DNA of 64,000 nt from Candidatus Fermentibacteraceae bacterium (GTDB lineage Bacteria; Fermentibacterota; Fermentibacteria; Fermentibacterales; JCC-6): the NCBI GenBank assembly GCA_016744855.1, contig JADGDO010000004.1, forward strand, positions 99,006 to 163,005, given 5' to 3'. Made by a program: the position numbers and the translations under genes. The notes under the pieces were generated by a model. The model ran no database searches. It saw nothing but the letters and a program-made list of their open reading frames with translations, and was not told where the DNA came from. Shown piece by piece: positions 47,958 through 58,143 of this stretch. Position 1 is the stretch's first letter. Each line of letters opens with the position of its first letter.

Positions 47958-48857
47958 ATGTTCAGGGGTTCTTTGAACTGGGTTCCGGACAATCCCTCAA
48001 GCGGGCGCAGACACATAGTTATGAATCCGGTAAAAGCCGGTTGGTCTGTGCTTATCGCTGTGGGAGTAATTTGTGTATTCATGGCTCTCGGCTTTGCTCT
48101 TGGTAAAGGAGTGTCCGGGAACAACAGCCTCAGCGCTGATCAGGAATATCTTACCCTTCAGGGCGAGCTTATTCAGTTGAATACAAAAGTTGAAAATGTT
48201 CAGAGCAGTCTGGAACAGGTTGCCCAACGCGAAGAACTTGCATTCATGGCTGCTGCCGATATGAACATTGATTTCTCAAATATGATAGATCAATTCTCTG
48301 ATGAAAACACCGGCACCGACATTTTCCAATACATTGATGATATTGAACTTAGAGTGCTACTGTGCGAGCGGATCGCCTATGCCGAACAGATAGCCTACGA
48401 TTCACTTGCAGTGCTTCTTGTCGATAAGGCTAATGAGCTTAAACATACCCCCTCGATTTGGCCGGTTAACGGCATCTTCGTTAGTGACTTCGGAGCTAGA
48501 GTTGATCCTTTCACCGGAGCAGTAAGATATCACAAGGGAATAGATATTTCAGCGAACACCGGAACATCTATATTAGCTCCAGCAGATGGAACTGTTATTT
48601 TTTGCGGATGGAGCGGTGGCTGGGGGCTGAATCTTGTTGTCAAGCATTCGGAAACCATATCAACAAGGTATGCTCATTGCTCTGCAATAGATGTTGCCGT
48701 GGGGCAGTCTGTGCAGAGGGGAGACCTTGTTGCAAGAGTCGGTTCTACAGGAAGATCAGTTGGTCCCCATGTACATTACGAAGTACTCAGAAATGGTATT
48801 CAGATTGATCCCGAAGACTTCATAATCAGGGCGGGACCTACTGAAGCTGCCTTCTAA
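47958..48857 (+). CDS. M23 family metallopeptidase (LytM domain)
   Basis: HKGIDISANTGTSILAPADGTV...GSTGRSVGPHVHYEV motifs; N-terminal TM anchor and coiled coil. Confidence 0.8.
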   Translation: MFRGSLNWVPDNPSSGRRHIVMNPVKAGWSVLIAVGVICVFMALGFALGKGVSGNNSLSADQEYLTLQGELIQLNTKVENVQSSLEQVAQREELAFMAAADMNIDFSNMIDQFSDENTGTDIFQYIDDIELRVLLCERIAYAEQIAYDSLAVLLVDKANELKHTPSIWPVNGIFVSDFGARVDPFTGAVRYHKGIDISANTGTSILAPADGTVIFCGWSGGWGLNLVVKHSETISTRYAHCSAIDVAVGQSVQRGDLVARVGSTGRSVGPHVHYEVLRNGIQIDPEDFIIRAGPTEAAF

Positions 48858-48881
48858 GGCGCGTTTTATCGTGGAGGTCGC

Positions 48882-49640
48882 ATGAGCACCAGAGATTTAT
48901 GGAACAGTTATGCCCGTTATTTTAATGCAGAAGAATGTATCGTCTTTCCTGCTGATGAACCCGAATTGGAATTCTACAGAAGAATAAGAGAAGAATTCGA
49001 TGGCGCCTGCCTGGAAATAGGAGCAGGATCGGGGAGACTTGCAGCTTCATTAAAGAGTAAATCAGTAACAATAGCTCTCGAGCCCAGTGATTCCATGCTC
49101 GGCGGCTGGTCTGCTGAGGACCGCAGGGATGCAGTTAGAATTCAGGGCACCGGTGAACAGATGCCCTTCAAATCAGACCATTTCCAGTTTGTTTGTTTTC
49201 CTTACAACGGACTTCAGTGTGTGCCGGAAGAAAACATTCGACTCGGAATTCTGAAGGAAGCTTTTAGGGTAATAGCCCCAGGTGGGTTTTTTCTGCTTGA
49301 GGTGAGTCCTGTATTTGACAGGAGAGAGTCGGAGCAACTCACAGAGAGATACTGCGCAGATATGCCGGATGGCTCCCGCCTGATTTTAAGGGAAAGAGTG
49401 GTACGACGACGGAATCCGGATTCAATTAAATACCATATGTTCTACACTACAGTGAAACACGACGGCGAAACTACCGAGGAAATTATCCTTGACCTCTTCG
49501 TAACCAATCGTGATGAGGTAATCGGTCTTCTAAAAGATGCAGGTTTTTGTAGTGTTATTGAATGGGGGAACTACGACAGAAGTCCATACGATGATGAGTT
49601 ATCACCGAGGCTACTCGCTCTTGCAATAAAGGGGTTATAA
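48882..49640 (+). CDS. Class I SAM-dependent methyltransferase
   Basis: ACLEIGAGSGRLAASL motif I. Confidence 0.6.
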   Translation: MSTRDLWNSYARYFNAEECIVFPADEPELEFYRRIREEFDGACLEIGAGSGRLAASLKSKSVTIALEPSDSMLGGWSAEDRRDAVRIQGTGEQMPFKSDHFQFVCFPYNGLQCVPEENIRLGILKEAFRVIAPGGFFLLEVSPVFDRRESEQLTERYCADMPDGSRLILRERVVRRRNPDSIKYHMFYTTVKHDGETTEEIILDLFVTNRDEVIGLLKDAGFCSVIEWGNYDRSPYDDELSPRLLALAIKGL

Positions 49641-49641
49641 A

Positions 49642-52638
49642 ATGCTTTCGTTCTTTCTTATCCTTTTATCATTAACATCTTCCGGAGAAATGACTGACCC
49701 AAGATACCCTACTCTATCTCCTGATGGATCTGAGGTAGTCTTTTGCTGGAGAGGTAAGCTTTGGAAAACCCCCCTTACAGGTGGCACCTCCAGGTGTCTT
49801 ACTCCGGGCGAAGGCGATATTACCAATCCTGCTTTCAGTGAAGACGGTGAGTGGATTGCCTTTACTAATGATGTTACAGGTGGTGGGGATGTTTACTTGA
49901 TGCCTGCTGAGGGTGGAGTCTCCAGACGTTTAACATATCACGGCGGAAGCGATGATGTTCTTGGATGGAATGGCGATAATATTCTTTTTTCTTCCTCCAG
50001 AGAGGGCGGAAACAACTGGGTTTGGAGGGTGTCTGCAGATGCTTTTACCCCAGCTTTGGAGCTTGCCGTTTCAGTCAATAATATTGTTTCCACTCCCAAT
50101 AGCGGATATGTAATTGAACGAGGTGTTACCCCCTGGTGGAGAAAACACTACAATGGAAGTGCATCCAGTTCCCTGTGGGCTGTCGAATCGGGAGACTATA
50201 CACCCCTTGCACAATTGAATTCGGATCAGCGGTGGCCGCTTGCAGACGCTGATGGCAACATAATTTTTGTTATGGAAGATGAAACAGGCCAGGACAGGTT
50301 CTTCGACACGAATGGAGACCCTCTGTCAGAACCAGTTCCCGGTGGAATCACATTTCCTGCGATCAGTTCAGACGGTTCCATTGTTGTCTTTGAGTCGGGG
50401 GGCAGGCTTGTCCGCACTTCTTTACCCGATATGGTTTTAGAGGATATCTATCTTGCTGACAATGTCGACCTTCCCTTTCCTATGGAAGTGCTTTCATTTG
50501 CTGGTGTTTACACATCAGATTTCGCCGTTGCCAGTGATGCTTCGTTCATTGTTATGGAAGCAGAGGGCGAAATTTATGCTGCAACCTTAACGGATGGTGA
50601 ACTTGATGACGCCGTCAGGGTTACTTCGACCAATGCACTTGAAAGTCGCCCGAGGATAAGCCCTGATAACTCCATGATCCTTTTCCAGAGGGAAGACCAG
50701 GGGAAAGTTACAATTGTTCTCGGTTTCATTGAGATAGTTGATGGCGATCCCATTCGGATCAGCCTCGACGAACAGAATACCGGTAGTGATGTATCCCGCA
50801 ATGCAGAGTGGGCACCTTCCGGTGATTTTTCTTTCCTGGACAGTGAAGGATATCTCTACTCAATGGATGTCCTCAGTGGCAGATCAAAAAAAATCTGTGA
50901 AACAGGCAGAATTCTACACCATTCATGGTCACCTGACTCAAGATGGATAGCATTCAGTTCAACTGTTGAAGCTCACCGTGAGGATGTCTTTGTTGTATCA
51001 GCACAAGGTGGAGAGGCTGTTAATGTTAGTCGTCACCCCAACGATGATTTCCAACCTCTGTGGCCTTCGGACGGAAGACGATTGATCTGGGCCAGCAGAA
51101 CAGATGATGGCGATTATTCAATCGTGCAGGCGTGGTTTAGCCCTGAAGATTGGGAAGCCGGCAGAGATGAAAAGGATGAATTGCTTGATATTCCTCTGGA
51201 TGTAGTCACAGCAAACTCAGATGATCTTTACATGCGTACAGAAGAGCTCTGTCATGTTTCGGGCTACTACAATTTTTTCGGAATCACTCCTGACGGAAGG
51301 AAAATTTACTATCCTTCCACAGATACTTCGGGAAGCATGGATCTTTACTCTGTAGACTGGGATGGTGAGAACCTTACCAGAGAGAGCAACGGAGGTTATT
51401 CTCCTGAAAGAATACAACCTACCGATACAGAAGTTGCCGGTGCTGTTTATTACCTTAGTTATGGGTCTTCAATAAGGAATACAGACAGTGATCTACTTGT
51501 TTGGAGTGCACCGTACTCAAAGAACAGAGAAGAAATGCAGAGACAGAAGTTTGTTTCAGCATGGAGACAGCTCAGAGATAGCTTCTATGACAGCAATATG
51601 CATGGTGTTGACTGGGATGAAATGCGTAGGAAATACGAAGAGAGGGCAGCGGTGTCTCTGGTTAACGCAGATTTTAACAATGTTGTCCGAAGAATGCTTG
51701 GAGAACTTTCAGCATCACATCTCGGAATTTATGGTCCGTGGACATATACCCGAACAGCTTACACCGGTGAGACAGGAATTTTCATTAGTCATTCCTGGAG
51801 AGGAGCAGGAGTTCAGATAGACAGCATTCTTCCCATGTCACCTGCTTACCTTTCTGGATTTCTTCCCGGTGACCTCGTTACAGAGATTGACGGTCAGCTG
51901 GTGGGGCACAACCACAATTTCTATGCTCCCCTCAGAAACACAGCGGATCGAGAGATAGAAATAAATATTGAACGTGACGGGGAACCTTTAAGCGTTATGC
52001 TAACTCCTATTTCACAGTGGGAGATCTGGAACCTTGGGTATGATGAATGGATTGCAGCCAGTAGAAGGAGAGTTTCTGAACTTTCGAACGATCGCGTTGG
52101 CTATCTTCACGTTCCTTCTATGGACCAGACTTCTGTAGGAGATTTCAGAAGAGACCTGTACGCCGAAGGACTCGGTAGAGATGCGATGATTATTGATGTA
52201 CGGGGTAATGGAGGCGGTTCCACGCACGATCAGATTCTTTCCAGCCTTGGTGGAACACCTTATGCAATGAGTCGAGATAGAAGCGGAACTGCTACAGTTG
52301 AACCCCTTGGTGTTTGGAAAAAACCACTGGTTCTTCTCATCAATGAAACTTGCTACTCAGATGCTGAGATTTTCCCGGCTGCATGGAAGGAATTGGAACT
52401 TGGACCTGTTGTCGGCAATGCTACTTTCGGAGCGGTTATAGGCACAGTAGACATCGAGCTCGCTGACGGAACAGGATTCAGACTACCCGGAACTGGCTGG
52501 TATACAATCGAAGGTGACAATCTTGAGAACAACGGTGTAACACCTGATATACTGGTTTTAGAAATGCCGGAAGATGCTGGTCTCGGCATAGATAGACAAC
52601 TTGATGCTGCAATTCAATCTGCAGTTGATCAGATTTAG
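49642..52638 (+). CDS. Tricorn protease homolog (beta-propeller + PDZ + S41-type peptidase)
   Basis: 998 aa; N-terminal TolB-like propeller repeats (LSPDGSEVVF, FSEDGEWIAF); C-terminal S41-like region VRGNGGGSTHD...LVLLINETCYSDAEIF. Confidence 0.65.
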   Translation: MLSFFLILLSLTSSGEMTDPRYPTLSPDGSEVVFCWRGKLWKTPLTGGTSRCLTPGEGDITNPAFSEDGEWIAFTNDVTGGGDVYLMPAEGGVSRRLTYHGGSDDVLGWNGDNILFSSSREGGNNWVWRVSADAFTPALELAVSVNNIVSTPNSGYVIERGVTPWWRKHYNGSASSSLWAVESGDYTPLAQLNSDQRWPLADADGNIIFVMEDETGQDRFFDTNGDPLSEPVPGGITFPAISSDGSIVVFESGGRLVRTSLPDMVLEDIYLADNVDLPFPMEVLSFAGVYTSDFAVASDASFIVMEAEGEIYAATLTDGELDDAVRVTSTNALESRPRISPDNSMILFQREDQGKVTIVLGFIEIVDGDPIRISLDEQNTGSDVSRNAEWAPSGDFSFLDSEGYLYSMDVLSGRSKKICETGRILHHSWSPDSRWIAFSSTVEAHREDVFVVSAQGGEAVNVSRHPNDDFQPLWPSDGRRLIWASRTDDGDYSIVQAWFSPEDWEAGRDEKDELLDIPLDVVTANSDDLYMRTEELCHVSGYYNFFGITPDGRKIYYPSTDTSGSMDLYSVDWDGENLTRESNGGYSPERIQPTDTEVAGAVYYLSYGSSIRNTDSDLLVWSAPYSKNREEMQRQKFVSAWRQLRDSFYDSNMHGVDWDEMRRKYEERAAVSLVNADFNNVVRRMLGELSASHLGIYGPWTYTRTAYTGETGIFISHSWRGAGVQIDSILPMSPAYLSGFLPGDLVTEIDGQLVGHNHNFYAPLRNTADREIEINIERDGEPLSVMLTPISQWEIWNLGYDEWIAASRRRVSELSNDRVGYLHVPSMDQTSVGDFRRDLYAEGLGRDAMIIDVRGNGGGSTHDQILSSLGGTPYAMSRDRSGTATVEPLGVWKKPLVLLINETCYSDAEIFPAAWKELELGPVVGNATFGAVIGTVDIELADGTGFRLPGTGWYTIEGDNLENNGVTPDILVLEMPEDAGLGIDRQLDAAIQSAVDQI

Positions 52639-52730
52639 GGGTAGCAATTTAATAAACGGCGTCTTATTTTCCTTATGCCGCCGGTAGGTTCCGGTAGCAG
52701 TAGTTTACTTTTTTTCAGGAGGATTACCGA

Positions 52731-53921
52731 ATGAGGAGAACAGTAGTAACAATGCCCGGTGATGGAATTGGCGAGCCAGTTCTGAAAGAAACTTTGAGGG
52801 TATTGGATGCGGTTGGTTTCGAGGCCGATTATGTTCATGCAGATATTGGTTGGGAATTCTGGAAGAAAGAGGGCAATCCTCTTCCACAAAGAACTATTGA
52901 TCTTCTTGCAGAGCATAAGATCGCTCTTTTTGGAGCCATCACATCTAAACCAAAGGATAAGGCCCTTGCAGACCTTGATCCTTCTCTCCGCGACAAGGGA
53001 CTTGTTTACTTTAGCCCCATCGTGGCCATGCGTCAGCATTTCAATCTGGACATCTGTACCCGTCCATGCAAAGCATTTGCCGGTAACCCTCTGAATTTCA
53101 TCAGAAGAGGTGCTGGAAATACTGTTGAAGAGCCACCTGTGGATGCGGTTATTTTCCGTCAGAATACAGAAGGTTTGTACGGTGGAGTCGAGTGGACAAA
53201 TCCTCCAGATGTTGTATACAATGCTCTCAACACACATGTTAAATTCTCAAAGAACTTTGGTGATGTGCCTAGAGAAGATCTTGCTATCTCTACAAGAATA
53301 TTCTCAAGAAATGCTTGCCAGAGAATACTCAGAGCTGCTTTTGATTACGCTAAGAAATTTGGATACAAGAGTGTTACCATCTGCGAGAAACCCAATGTTA
53401 TCCGCGAAACAAGCGGCATGATGCGTGAAGAGGGTCGCAAGATGGTTAAGGAATACGATGGTATTGATCTCTGGGAGACCAACATTGACGCGCAGATGAT
53501 GTGGCTTACAAAGAACCCTGAAGACTACGGTGTATTAGTAAGTGGAAATATGTTCGGCGACATTGTCAGTGACGGTTTTGCCGGTCTTGTCGGCGGTCTC
53601 GGCTTTGCTTGCAGTGCAAACATCGGCGATGAAGTCGCTGTATTTGAGCCTACACACGGATCAGCACCCAAGTATGCTGATTACGAAGTGTCAATCGTTA
53701 ATCCAATTGCCATGATAATGAGTGCCTGCATGATGCTTGATCATATCGGAGAGATTGATATGGCAGCAAAGATTCGCAACGCTGTTGAAACGGTTATCAG
53801 CGAGGGCAAGGTTCAGACATACGATATGAAGAAGATGCGTGGAACTCCTGATGTTATCAACAACGGCGCGGCAACTACTTCTCAGATGACAGATGCTGTT
53901 ATCGAAGCAATGGGCAGGTAG
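52731..53921 (+). CDS. Isocitrate / isopropylmalate / homoisocitrate dehydrogenase family protein
   Basis: MPGDGIGEPV N-terminal motif; GNMFGDIVSD and EPTHGSAPKYA motifs; strong AGGAGG RBS. Confidence 0.75.
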   Translation: MRRTVVTMPGDGIGEPVLKETLRVLDAVGFEADYVHADIGWEFWKKEGNPLPQRTIDLLAEHKIALFGAITSKPKDKALADLDPSLRDKGLVYFSPIVAMRQHFNLDICTRPCKAFAGNPLNFIRRGAGNTVEEPPVDAVIFRQNTEGLYGGVEWTNPPDVVYNALNTHVKFSKNFGDVPREDLAISTRIFSRNACQRILRAAFDYAKKFGYKSVTICEKPNVIRETSGMMREEGRKMVKEYDGIDLWETNIDAQMMWLTKNPEDYGVLVSGNMFGDIVSDGFAGLVGGLGFACSANIGDEVAVFEPTHGSAPKYADYEVSIVNPIAMIMSACMMLDHIGEIDMAAKIRNAVETVISEGKVQTYDMKKMRGTPDVINNGAATTSQMTDAVIEAMGR

Positions 53922-53925
53922 AACA

Positions 53926-54486
53926 ATGAAAGCAGCGATGGAAAGACTTTTTGCTGTTCAACTGGCAAAAATTTCTGATGCAGACCTCAGGAATAAAGTC
54001 GTGAACGTGTGGGCAACTGCTGCAGAGGAAGGTGGCTGGACTATTGAACAGCTATCCGAAATCCCCTTCACCTTGCTTACGGAGACTCATGGTGTGAACC
54101 TTATTCAGCATACAATTGCTGTAACTGAGGGTGCAATCGGTCTTGCCGGGGCAATTGAGGGTACCTATACACCTCCATTCAGTGTTAACATGGACTGGCT
54201 GGTTGCAGGCGGTCTTCTTCACGATGTGGGCAAACTGCTCGAAATAGAGTACGTCGACGGGAATCATCAGAAGAGCTACAGCGGTAAGTGCGCAAGGCAT
54301 CCGATCTCCGGTGCTATCCTCGCAGCAAAAGCCGGTCTTCCTGAAGAAATAGTCAACATTATAGGATGTCATGCAAAAGAAGGTGACGGCCGGCCACAGC
54401 GCGTTGAAACCGTGCTTGTTCACCAAGCCGACTTTGCCACATTCAACCCGATGGTAATGTTATCAAAGGGGTTGCTTATCGTCTGA
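53926..54486 (+). CDS. HD domain phosphohydrolase
   Basis: H...HD motif (IQHTIAV ... GLLHDVGK). Confidence 0.6.
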   Translation: MKAAMERLFAVQLAKISDADLRNKVVNVWATAAEEGGWTIEQLSEIPFTLLTETHGVNLIQHTIAVTEGAIGLAGAIEGTYTPPFSVNMDWLVAGGLLHDVGKLLEIEYVDGNHQKSYSGKCARHPISGAILAAKAGLPEEIVNIIGCHAKEGDGRPQRVETVLVHQADFATFNPMVMLSKGLLIV

Positions 54487-54535
54487 TAACCCAGCAGAAC
54501 AGTCGGAATTTATCTGACTGATTCGGAACCATTGA

Positions 54536-54577
54536 CTCGGTAGGGGTTTGCCTTTAGAGTAAGGCAAACCCCGAGCT
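54536..54577 (+). promoter_or_regulatory. Strong stem-loop between the HD-domain gene and the downstream C25 peptidase gene (terminator-like, no U-tract)
   Basis: CTCGG-TA-GGGGTTTGCCTT tagagt AAGGCAAACCCCGAG: 12-bp perfect core stem plus 5-bp extension. Confidence 0.4.
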
Positions 54578-54600
54578 TATATATATACAAGGAGGTAACT

Positions 54601-56823
54601 ATGATCAGGGTTATTGGGATCTTATTGATTTTATCTGTATCTGCATTTGCAGGAGTAGTTTACAGGGCTGTACAGCCTGTGGACGCAGCTCAGTATCTTG
54701 GTACAGATGGTGGACCTGCGGTAGAGTTCAATCTCACTGCACTTGAAACTGTTGAGGGTACTGTTGCCGGTTACGGCAGTGGAGTTACTTTCCGTATTCC
54801 CGGCGGAGGCTATGGCGCTGAAGTTGGAACTCCTGATGTTCCATGCATCAGAAGAATGGTCCAGATTCCAAATACAGGCGACATTACTATTGAGATTATC
54901 AGTTCAGAATCATCCGTTCTTGGCAACTACAATGTTCTTCCTACTCAGCCATTCATGGATAGAAACGGAAATGTTGCTCCCCTGAGAGTTAACGAAGATG
55001 TTTATTCATCCTCAGCTGGATATCCTTCATCTCCTGTTGTTATCGAAAGCATTTCTATTCTTAGAGATATTCGTGTAGCGTGGGTAAGATTCAATCCAGT
55101 ATCAGTTAATCCTGTTACAGGTGAAACTGTTATCACTACAAACGTTTCAGTAAGACTCGTAAGCGGCTCCGAAGAGGGCGAAAACGAGCTTTTCAGATCA
55201 TCTAACGGTACAACCAGAAGTTACCAGGCCATCTACAAAGATGTTCTCGGTCTTCAGCTTACAGATGCACTCGTTGATGGTTCTTATCTTGTTATCGGAC
55301 CCGAGGAAGCAATAGCTCTTGCAAGTGATCTTATTCAGTGGAAACGCGAAAAGGGTTACGAGGTTCATGTTGCTACCACTGAAACAATTGGTACAACATC
55401 TTCAGCTATCGATTCCTACATTGAAGATGCCTTTAATACCTGGACAAATCCTCCAGAGTACTGCCTTCTTCTTGGTGATGAAGCTGCAGTACCGGTTTAC
55501 TGGGTAGGATCAATCGCTGCTGATAACCAGTACGGTGTTATCGGATCAGGTGTTGACCCCAGTATTCACGTTGCCAGACTCTGTTCCGACACTGGCAGTC
55601 TTGCTTACTCATCATGGAAAGTATGGGCATACGAAACTGACCCATACGAACCTTCTGCCAGCTGGTTCCAGTATGCTGTCAGCATTGGTTCGACAGATTT
55701 CCAGGATCCTATGATGTCTTTCAGGTTCAAAGAGGTCATGGCAAATGACGGTAATATGGATGTAATGCTTTATTGCAACAGCGGAGCTTACGGTGGCATT
55801 GCCCCTTCAGTGGCAAACCTCTCTGAAAAATTCAACCTCGGAACTTCCCTTGTAAGTTACATTGGACATGGAGCAATTACCCAGTGGGTTACAACAGGTT
55901 TTAACAATTCCGATGTTGCTGCTCTGACGAATGGAAGAATGCTTCCATGGATCAGCTCTATTGCCTGTAATAACTCAGAATTCGGTGGTGGAACCACCTG
56001 TTTCGGAGAAGCATGGCTTAACTCCGGTACAATTGCTGAGCCCAAAGGAGCAATCGGTTTCATGGGCGCTTCTGTCTCAAGCCCTGTAGGCCCAACTGAT
56101 TCTCTCGCAATGTATCAGTTCAAGGGTTACTTCCAGGAAGAAATGTACCACATGGGTGCAGCTTTCGACTATGGAAAAATTAAAGCATATGAGTACACCG
56201 GTAGTGTTACCAACAGCAATATGCATCTTATCTTCGGTGAGCCTGAGCATGATATCTTCACTACCACAGGACCCATTGTGCACCTCACCGCAGACTATGA
56301 TGACCAGGTTTCTGTGGGTAACTTCACAGTAAATGTTTCAGCCGCAACAGACGCTTCTGTTGAGGGAGCAATGGTCGGTCTCTGCCAGGGAGAGGTTACT
56401 CTCGGTAGCGGCTACACAGATGCTTCTGGTTCTGTTACAATCAATGTGGAAAGTGTTCCAAGTGGTGATGATGTAACAGTAACTGTTACTGCACACAATC
56501 TCTATCCTCTCCAGGCAACTGTTCCTGCATGGCAGACAGGTGTCGAACAGGAGGAGGGTGGCGTTGTAACCGGTATCAGTCTTAACATCGGTACTCCTAT
56601 TACAGGAACTGCTGCTGTTAACTTTACAGTACCATCCACTGGTCACACAAATCTTAGTGTATTCGATATGAATGGTCGAGTTGTGGAAACACTTGTTAAC
56701 AACGAAGTTGCTGCAGGAAACCACAGTCTTAACTGGGGAGCAAATACCGCAGGCGGTATCTATTTCCTCAGATTGACAACTCCGGACCAGAGTATCGTAA
56801 AGAACTGCGTAGTTCTGCCCTAG
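54601..56823 (+). CDS. Gingipain-like cysteine peptidase (family C25) with T9SS C-terminal sorting domain
   Basis: Signal peptide; His in SYIGHGAITQW and Cys in SSIACNNSEFGGG; the C-terminus GGIYFLRLTTPDQSIVKNCVVLP is a T9SS CTD; AAGGAGG RBS. Confidence 0.7.
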   Translation: MIRVIGILLILSVSAFAGVVYRAVQPVDAAQYLGTDGGPAVEFNLTALETVEGTVAGYGSGVTFRIPGGGYGAEVGTPDVPCIRRMVQIPNTGDITIEIISSESSVLGNYNVLPTQPFMDRNGNVAPLRVNEDVYSSSAGYPSSPVVIESISILRDIRVAWVRFNPVSVNPVTGETVITTNVSVRLVSGSEEGENELFRSSNGTTRSYQAIYKDVLGLQLTDALVDGSYLVIGPEEAIALASDLIQWKREKGYEVHVATTETIGTTSSAIDSYIEDAFNTWTNPPEYCLLLGDEAAVPVYWVGSIAADNQYGVIGSGVDPSIHVARLCSDTGSLAYSSWKVWAYETDPYEPSASWFQYAVSIGSTDFQDPMMSFRFKEVMANDGNMDVMLYCNSGAYGGIAPSVANLSEKFNLGTSLVSYIGHGAITQWVTTGFNNSDVAALTNGRMLPWISSIACNNSEFGGGTTCFGEAWLNSGTIAEPKGAIGFMGASVSSPVGPTDSLAMYQFKGYFQEEMYHMGAAFDYGKIKAYEYTGSVTNSNMHLIFGEPEHDIFTTTGPIVHLTADYDDQVSVGNFTVNVSAATDASVEGAMVGLCQGEVTLGSGYTDASGSVTINVESVPSGDDVTVTVTAHNLYPLQATVPAWQTGVEQEEGGVVTGISLNIGTPITGTAAVNFTVPSTGHTNLSVFDMNGRVVETLVNNEVAAGNHSLNWGANTAGGIYFLRLTTPDQSIVKNCVVLP

Positions 56824-56840
56824 ATAGTATAAATTTCACA

Positions 56841-56870
56841 AGAGGGGGTCAGGTAATCCTGACCCCCTCT
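56841..56870 (+). terminator. Terminator-like hairpin after the C25 peptidase gene
   Basis: AGAGGGGGTCAGG-TAAT-CCTGACCCCCTCT, 13-bp stem; weak U-tract. Confidence 0.5.
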
Positions 56871-56999
56871 CAGTAATTGACATTTATGGTGTGATTCACT
56901 AGATTTCGACAACTTGCACATATGTGCGATTAACAGCAGATGGCAGATTTGTAAAGCTGATGCTGCCATCATAGAACTGCACTTGCAGAAGGAGATGAA

Positions 57000-57611
57000 A
57001 TGAGCAGATTCACAGGATCGAGACTTAAAAAGGTAAGATCACTTGGAACCGAGCTTCCAGGTCTTGTCCGTAAAGAGCCCAAGTCAGCAAACAGCCCCGG
57101 TGAGCAGGGTGTTATGCGTCGTCGTAGAAGAGTTTCAACTTTCCGTCTCCAGCTGCAGGAGAAGCAGAAGATTCGCTTCAACTATGGCCTTACCGAGAAA
57201 ACCCTTCGTCGTTACTATTCAGATGCATGCAGTCTGAAGGGTGAAACTGGTGTTAACCTTCTTCAGCTTATCGAGAGCAGACTTGATAACGTTGTTGCAA
57301 GAGGTGGTTTTGCTCCAACAATTCCAGCAGCAAGACAGCTTGTTAATCATGGTCACATTCTGGTTAACGGTAAGAAAGTAACAATCGCCAGTTTCAGAAT
57401 CAAAATAGGTGATGTCGTGAGCTTGAGAGAGAAGAGCAGAGATCTCAAAGTTATCACAGAGCACATTACATCCGGTTCCGGTATCGGCGTTCCAAGTTTC
57501 CTTGAAGCTGATCCCAAGAACAGAAAAATTACAGTAAAAACCCTTCCTGCACGCGAAGATGTTCCTATCGAGGTATCCGAGCGAGCTGTTGTTGAGTTTT
57601 ACTCGAAATAA
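57000..57611 (+). CDS. rpsD: 30S ribosomal protein S4
   Basis: MSRFTGSRLKKVRSLG...RRYYSDA...LESRLDNVVARGGFAPT...ARQLVNHGHILVNGKKV. Confidence 0.9.
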   Translation: MSRFTGSRLKKVRSLGTELPGLVRKEPKSANSPGEQGVMRRRRRVSTFRLQLQEKQKIRFNYGLTEKTLRRYYSDACSLKGETGVNLLQLIESRLDNVVARGGFAPTIPAARQLVNHGHILVNGKKVTIASFRIKIGDVVSLREKSRDLKVITEHITSGSGIGVPSFLEADPKNRKITVKTLPAREDVPIEVSERAVVEFYSK

Positions 57612-57631
57612 ACGTTTCAGTTATTTAATAG

Positions 57632-57661
57632 AGTCCGGGGTTAACCCGGGCTCTTTTTTTT
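57632..57661 (+). terminator. Rho-independent terminator after rpsD
   Basis: GAGTCCGGGG-TTAA-CCCGGGCTC followed by TTTTTTTT. Confidence 0.75.
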
Positions 57662-57712
57662 GTTATACTTTGCTGCTTGGTTTAATTTATTCCTAATTTA
57701 AGGAGGATAGTA

Positions 57713-58123
57713 ATGAGATACCTGTTGATAATTGCTCTTTTGACAATCGCTGTAGGAACTGCTTCGGCGCAGGAGGCTGCGGGAAACACTTCTGAAACAA
57801 CCTGCGCTCCAATTGAGCAATCTCCGGATGGAAGAGATCTCGGGAGTATAAGAGTTAAGGTGAATGAGATAAAAACAGTTGTTCAGACAGATTACGAAGT
57901 TCTTCTTGCTACAAACCCAGAGGCTGAAGGCACCGTCACCCTGAGTTTCGCAATAGCTCCAGAAGGCACTGTCACTGATGCTGAAGTTGAGTGCACGGAA
58001 GATCTGGTTAGCCTACAGGCCGACATTCTCATGGCTGTTGAAGAACTCGAATTCGAACCCTCTTCTGAACAGACAGAGAACATTCCAGTAACTGTTCCTT
58101 TTACACTCACACCACCACAGTAA
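57713..58123 (+). CDS. Secreted hypothetical protein
   Basis: Signal peptide MRYLLIIALLTIAVGTASAQE; acidic and Thr/Val-rich; AAGGAGG RBS. Confidence 0.4.
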   Translation: MRYLLIIALLTIAVGTASAQEAAGNTSETTCAPIEQSPDGRDLGSIRVKVNEIKTVVQTDYEVLLATNPEAEGTVTLSFAIAPEGTVTDAEVECTEDLVSLQADILMAVEELEFEPSSEQTENIPVTVPFTLTPPQ

Positions 58124-58143
58124 AAGCAGTTATCCTGACCCGC

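Noticed and set aside
52635-53237. 200-aa ORF on the - strand
   Set aside because: Overlaps the N-terminal half of the well-conserved IDH-family gene on the opposite strand; no motif or RBS, and it crosses the intergenic gap before that gene.
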